DNA from: Cryomorphaceae bacterium
Lineage (GTDB): Bacteria; Bacteroidota; Bacteroidia; Flavobacteriales_F; PHOS-HE28
DNA: 31,997 nucleotides
NCBI GenBank assembly: GCA_044463585.1
Contig: JBIQMI010000001.1
Location: 1 to 31,997 of the forward strand
Reading direction: 5' to 3'
The notes under the pieces are model-generated. The model did not search any database. It worked only from the letters and a program-made list of their open reading frames with translations, and had not been told where the DNA came from. A program made the position numbers and the translations under genes. Below, in pieces: positions 27,681 to 31,997 of this stretch. Every line of letters begins with the position of its first letter. Position 1 is the stretch's first letter.

Positions 27681-28418
27681 TCACCCGTGCACCGCACTGC
27701 TCATCGCGAAGATGTGCTCGGGATCCTCTTCAAAAGCGGTGCCCACCACCAACACATTGGCACCGGCCTGGCATAACACACGGGCCATGGCCGCATCGCG
27801 GATGCCGCCCCCCACAATGATGGGCAAGGACACGTTGGCGCGTACGGCGGCGATCATCTCCGGCGAAACCGTGCGCTGCGCACCGCTGCCGGTATCCATG
27901 TAAATGGTGCGCAGGCCCAGCAACTCACCGGCCAAGGCCGTGGCGGCAGCAATGCCGGGCTTGTCGTGCGGAATGGGCACCGTTTGGCTTACATAGCTTA
28001 CCGTGGTGGGCTTGCCACCGTCCACAAGCATGTAACCGGTGGGGATCGCCTCCAGCCCCATGCCTTTTATGGTGGGCGCCGCCGCCACGTGGTGGCCGAT
28101 CAGCAATTCCGGATTGCGGCCGCTGATCAGCGAAAGGAAGAGCACCGCATCGGCATGTTCACTCAGTTGTGCCGGGCTTCCCGGAAAGAGCACCACAGGC
28201 CGGTCGCTGAGCTCCCGTACACGTTTTACACAGTGATTGAACGTAGTGGAGGTGAGTAGGCTGCCGCCCACAAAGATCAGGTCGGCCTTGGCCATGCATG
28301 CGTTTTGCACGGTGCGCTCCAGCACGGTTTCATCCTGCCCGAAATCGGGGTCGATGAGCACGGCCAATAATTTGCGCCGTTCGGCCTTCGCAGCATCCAA
28401 CAGGGCCAGTACGCTCAT
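27681..28418 (-). CDS. pcrB: Geranylgeranylglyceryl/heptaprenylglyceryl phosphate synthase
   Basis: AVLIDPD, FVGGS, LFPGS, LSLISGRNPELLIG, PTGYMLV, YMDTGSGA, IVGGGIR, VVGT. TAAGTTCG -7-like element at 28424-28431 (minus strand). Confidence 0.92.
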   Translation of the reverse strand: MSVLALLDAAKAERRKLLAVLIDPDFGQDETVLERTVQNACMAKADLIFVGGSLLTSTTFNHCVKRVRELSDRPVVLFPGSPAQLSEHADAVLFLSLISGRNPELLIGHHVAAAPTIKGMGLEAIPTGYMLVDGGKPTTVSYVSQTVPIPHDKPGIAAATALAGELLGLRTIYMDTGSGAQRTVSPEMIAAVRANVSLPIIVGGGIRDAAMARVLCQAGANVLVVGTAFEEDPEHIFAMSSAVHG

Positions 28419-28447
28419 GGGGGCGAACTTAACGGATCCAACAGCAC

Positions 28448-28810
28448 ATTCCTTCCTTACCCTCCATACCTTCCTTACTCTCCTTACCCTCCTCACCTTC
28501 CTCACCTTCCTTACCTTCCTTACTCTCCTTACCCTCCTCACCTTCCTCACCTTCCTTACCTTCCTTACCTTCCTTACCTTCCTTACCCACCTCACCACGA
28601 AATGAAGGAAATGAGAGAGAAGAAGGAGAAGAAGGAGATGAAAGAGAAGAAGGAGATGAGGGCGCGTGTTCCTTACCCTCCTTTCCTTCCTTGCCTTCCT
28701 TTCCTTCCTCACTCTCCTTACCCACCCCACCACGAAATGAAGGAAAATGAGAGAGAAGAAGGAGAGGGGATAGAAAAAGGAGCGGAGAGAGACGAAGGAG
28801 AGAAATGAAG
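28448..28810. repeat. Low-complexity 9-mer (CCTTCCTTA-like) tandem repeats alternating with purine tracts
   Basis: Pyrimidine tracts at ~28448-28590 and ~28669-28730; purine tracts at ~28600-28660 and ~28735-28810. Junction CACCACGAAATGAAGGAAA(A)TGAGAGAGAAGAAGGAGA occurs twice. Confidence 0.9.
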
Positions 28811-28864
28811 AAACGCGATCCACCAAGGATGCCGATATCGTCAAATCCGCTCACCCTAAATCCG

Positions 28865-28872
28865 TACCTTTG
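28865..28872 (+). promoter_or_regulatory. Bacteroidota -7 promoter element for ahcY
   Basis: TACCTTTG ends 23 nt before the ATG. Confidence 0.65.
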
Positions 28873-28895
28873 CACCCTTAAAAAGCAAGACGAAG

Positions 28896-30209
<1,314 letters not shown>

Positions 30210-30227
30210 TCCAGCGGTGCACGAACC

Positions 30228-30267
30228 GGGCGGGGCTGTTCCACAAGGGCGGCCCCGCCTGCCTTTT
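30228..30267. terminator. Probable intrinsic terminator between convergent genes
   Basis: GGCGGGGCTGTT...GGCGGCCCCGCC stem followed by GCCTTTT. Confidence 0.55.
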
Positions 30268-30281
30268 CGGGGCTACGGGGA

Positions 30282-30710
30282 TCAATTGTAGATCCGCAGC
30301 ACCGTGCCGTTGAACATGGTGTGGTACTGCTTCAACGGCAGCACCGCCGGCCCTTCGGTCACGCTGCCGTCCAGCATCAGGAAGGCGCTGTGGCAACAGG
30401 TGGTGTCGCGCGCCAGTACACCGCTGTCGTCAACCGTCACGCGGCACTGGTCGGCCGTCTGGTAGGTGCAATGGCGGTCCAGCGCAACGAATTCGTCCTG
30501 GCTTTTGCGGTACACCAGCAAACCTTCCGAGCCGCCGATGATGTACGCCCAACCGCCCACCACCTGCAAGGCGTTGTATTCCGGCAGGTTCAGGTTCACC
30601 TGGATGTCCACCGGCACCAGCGGCACGGCCACCTCCCGGTCCTTGCGGCAGGCGATGGCCACGGCGGCGAGCAGTGCAATAAAGAACAGGGAAACAGGTT
30701 TCTTCAACAT
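30282..30710 (-). CDS. Lipoprotein with degenerate Rieske-like domain
   Basis: Lipobox AIAC, FVALDRHCTY, CCHSAF..LDGSV..GPA..PLKQY. TACTTTTG -7 element at 30738-30745 (minus strand). Confidence 0.75.
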   Translation of the reverse strand: MLKKPVSLFFIALLAAVAIACRKDREVAVPLVPVDIQVNLNLPEYNALQVVGGWAYIIGGSEGLLVYRKSQDEFVALDRHCTYQTADQCRVTVDDSGVLARDTTCCHSAFLMLDGSVTEGPAVLPLKQYHTMFNGTVLRIYN

Positions 30711-30785
30711 CCGATCGTGCGCCATTGGCCGGCCATGCAAAAGTACGCAGGGCACAAGGGCATGAAATTGGCAGCGCGTAACACC

Positions 30786-31085
30786 ATGCTTCGTCCGCTC
30801 CGCAATTTGCTCGTGCTGGCACTGCTTTCGTTCGTGGCGGCACCCTCGGTTTCGGCCCAGGCCGGCATCGGCCGCAAGCAGCAGGAAAAGATCCAGCGCA
30901 AGAAGGAACGCAACGATGTGAAGGATGTGAAGCGCGAGGAGAAGCGGCTGGCCAAGCAGCATTTGGCCAACCAGGACAAGGCCACGCGCAAACGCATGAA
31001 GCGCCACAAGCGCCGGGCGGGCAACCAAGGGCAGGCCGGGCACCGCGACACTTGGCTGCGGCGTCTCTTCCACGGCAAGCATTAG
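30786..31085 (+). CDS. Small basic secreted hypothetical protein
   Basis: Signal peptide MLRPLRNLLVLALLSFVAAPSVSAQ followed by a Lys/Arg-rich helical region. Confidence 0.7.
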   Translation: MLRPLRNLLVLALLSFVAAPSVSAQAGIGRKQQEKIQRKKERNDVKDVKREEKRLAKQHLANQDKATRKRMKRHKRRAGNQGQAGHRDTWLRRLFHGKH

Positions 31086-31337
31086 CGGCGGACGTGTATA
31101 TCGGCGCGGTGATCGGGCCGCGGCACATGGCGGGAGTGCCCCGGGCGCGGTTTAGTTTAGCTGTCGCATCAGCGAAGCAAAGCCGCAATGGACCTGGTTT
31201 TCAATACCCCGCCCGAGCGCCCGAAAAGGCGATTCCCGCGCCCCCCAAGGGATTGCCGCGGTTTGCGCAATTGGGGACTTTTCTATCTTTACGCCCCCTC
31301 GTTGCCTATCCTACAACAACGTAACAACCATCCGTTG

Positions 31338-31997
31338 ATGCTGAGAAAACTATGCTCGGCCGCTGTCATATTCGTTTGCAGTGCGCTCAGTCTGAACGCC
31401 CAAGTGGGCGCCGGCACCCTCCAAGGAACCATCAAGGACAAGACCACCGCCGAAGCACTTCCCTTTGTCTCCATCGTGGTGGAGAACAGGGGAACGCGCG
31501 TGGCGGCCGGCCAGTCCGACTTCGATGGCAACTACAAGATCAGTCCCATTGAACCGGGCACCTACGATGTTACGGTGAGCATGGTGGGCTACCAGCCCCA
31601 AAAAGTGACCGGCGTGGTGATCAACAGCAACAAGATCACCTTCCAGAACTTCGCGATCCACAGCGGCGTGGAACTGGGCGATGTGGAGGTGATCCGCTAC
31701 AAGGTGCCGTTGATCGACAAGGATGGAGGTGCCACCGGCGCAACCGTTACGCGCGACCAGATCGCCAAGATGCCCACGCGCTCCGCCACCGGTATCGCCA
31801 CCACGGTGGCGGGTGCCAGCACCGCCGGCACCGGCGGCGGGGTGAGCATCCGCGGTTCACGCACCGAGAACACCTATTACTATATTGACGGGGTGAAGGT
31901 GCCAGCAGGCGCAGGCATCGGCCTGCCCAAGAGCGCCATTGAGGAGGTGCAGGTGATCACCGGCGGCGTGCCCGCCAGCTACGGCGACGTAACCGGC
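31338..31997 (+). CDS. TonB-dependent receptor with carboxypeptidase-regulatory-like domain (3'-partial; not in ORF track)
   Basis: Manual translation MLRKLCSAAVIFVCSALSLNAQVGAGTLQGTIKD...SDFDGNY...SIRGSR...YYIDGVKV...IEEVQVITGGVPASYGDVTG, open to the window end. Confidence 0.88.
   Translation, partial: MLRKLCSAAVIFVCSALSLNAQVGAGTLQGTIKDKTTAEALPFVSIVVENRGTRVAAGQSDFDGNYKISPIEPGTYDVTVSMVGYQPQKVTGVVINSNKITFQNFAIHSGVELGDVEVIRYKVPLIDKDGGATGATVTRDQIAKMPTRSATGIATTVAGASTAGTGGGVSIRGSRTENTYYYIDGVKVPAGAGIGLPKSAIEEVQVITGGVPASYGDVTG

Larger units (their letters stand above)
23487..27724. mobile_element. 4193-bp islet bounded by a perfect 45-bp direct repeat of the GGGP/HepGP synthase 3' end
   Basis: ATCACCCGTGCACCGCACTGCTCATCGCGAAGATGTGCTCGGGAT at 23487-23531 and 27680-27724. 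AT-richer interior; no integrase. Confidence 0.78.

Noticed and set aside
28811..28895. SAH/SAM riboswitch upstream of ahcY
   Set aside because: The -7 element lies 23 nt from the ATG, leaving no room, and no aptamer motif is recognisable.

Overview
High-GC Bacteroidota (probably Flavobacteriales-like) chromosomal window, judged from T9SS cargo proteins, TonB-dependent receptors and TAnnTTTG promoter motifs. The backbone comprises a partial PD40/Omp85 protein, an M20 amidohydrolase, recQ, tatC-DUF5686-like OMP-lptB-pnuC, a NadR-like ATPase, a TPP-riboswitch-controlled TonB receptor, an LLM oxidoreductase, a GGGP/HepGP synthase, ahcY and a partial TonB receptor. Small accessory units interrupt it. 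The most striking feature is two cassettes with no recognisable integrase (0.95 kb carrying an antitoxin and a frameshifted PemK/MazF-like toxin; 4.2 kb carrying two T9SS cargo genes). Each is bounded by a direct duplication of the last 45-61 bp of the host gene, including its stop codon, and its cargo points toward the host gene. A second layer is a modular REP-like repeat family that brackets an acetoin reductase gene and forms an ~49-bp-periodic array after pnuC. A different palindrome family lies in frame in the TonB receptor N-terminus. Also present are a 5'-truncated T9SS paralog abutting the riboswitch, a PIN toxin-antitoxin pair, a C11 tract, purine/pyrimidine tracts and small ORFs missed by the ORF track. 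Family assignments come from motif recognition only; no searches were run.
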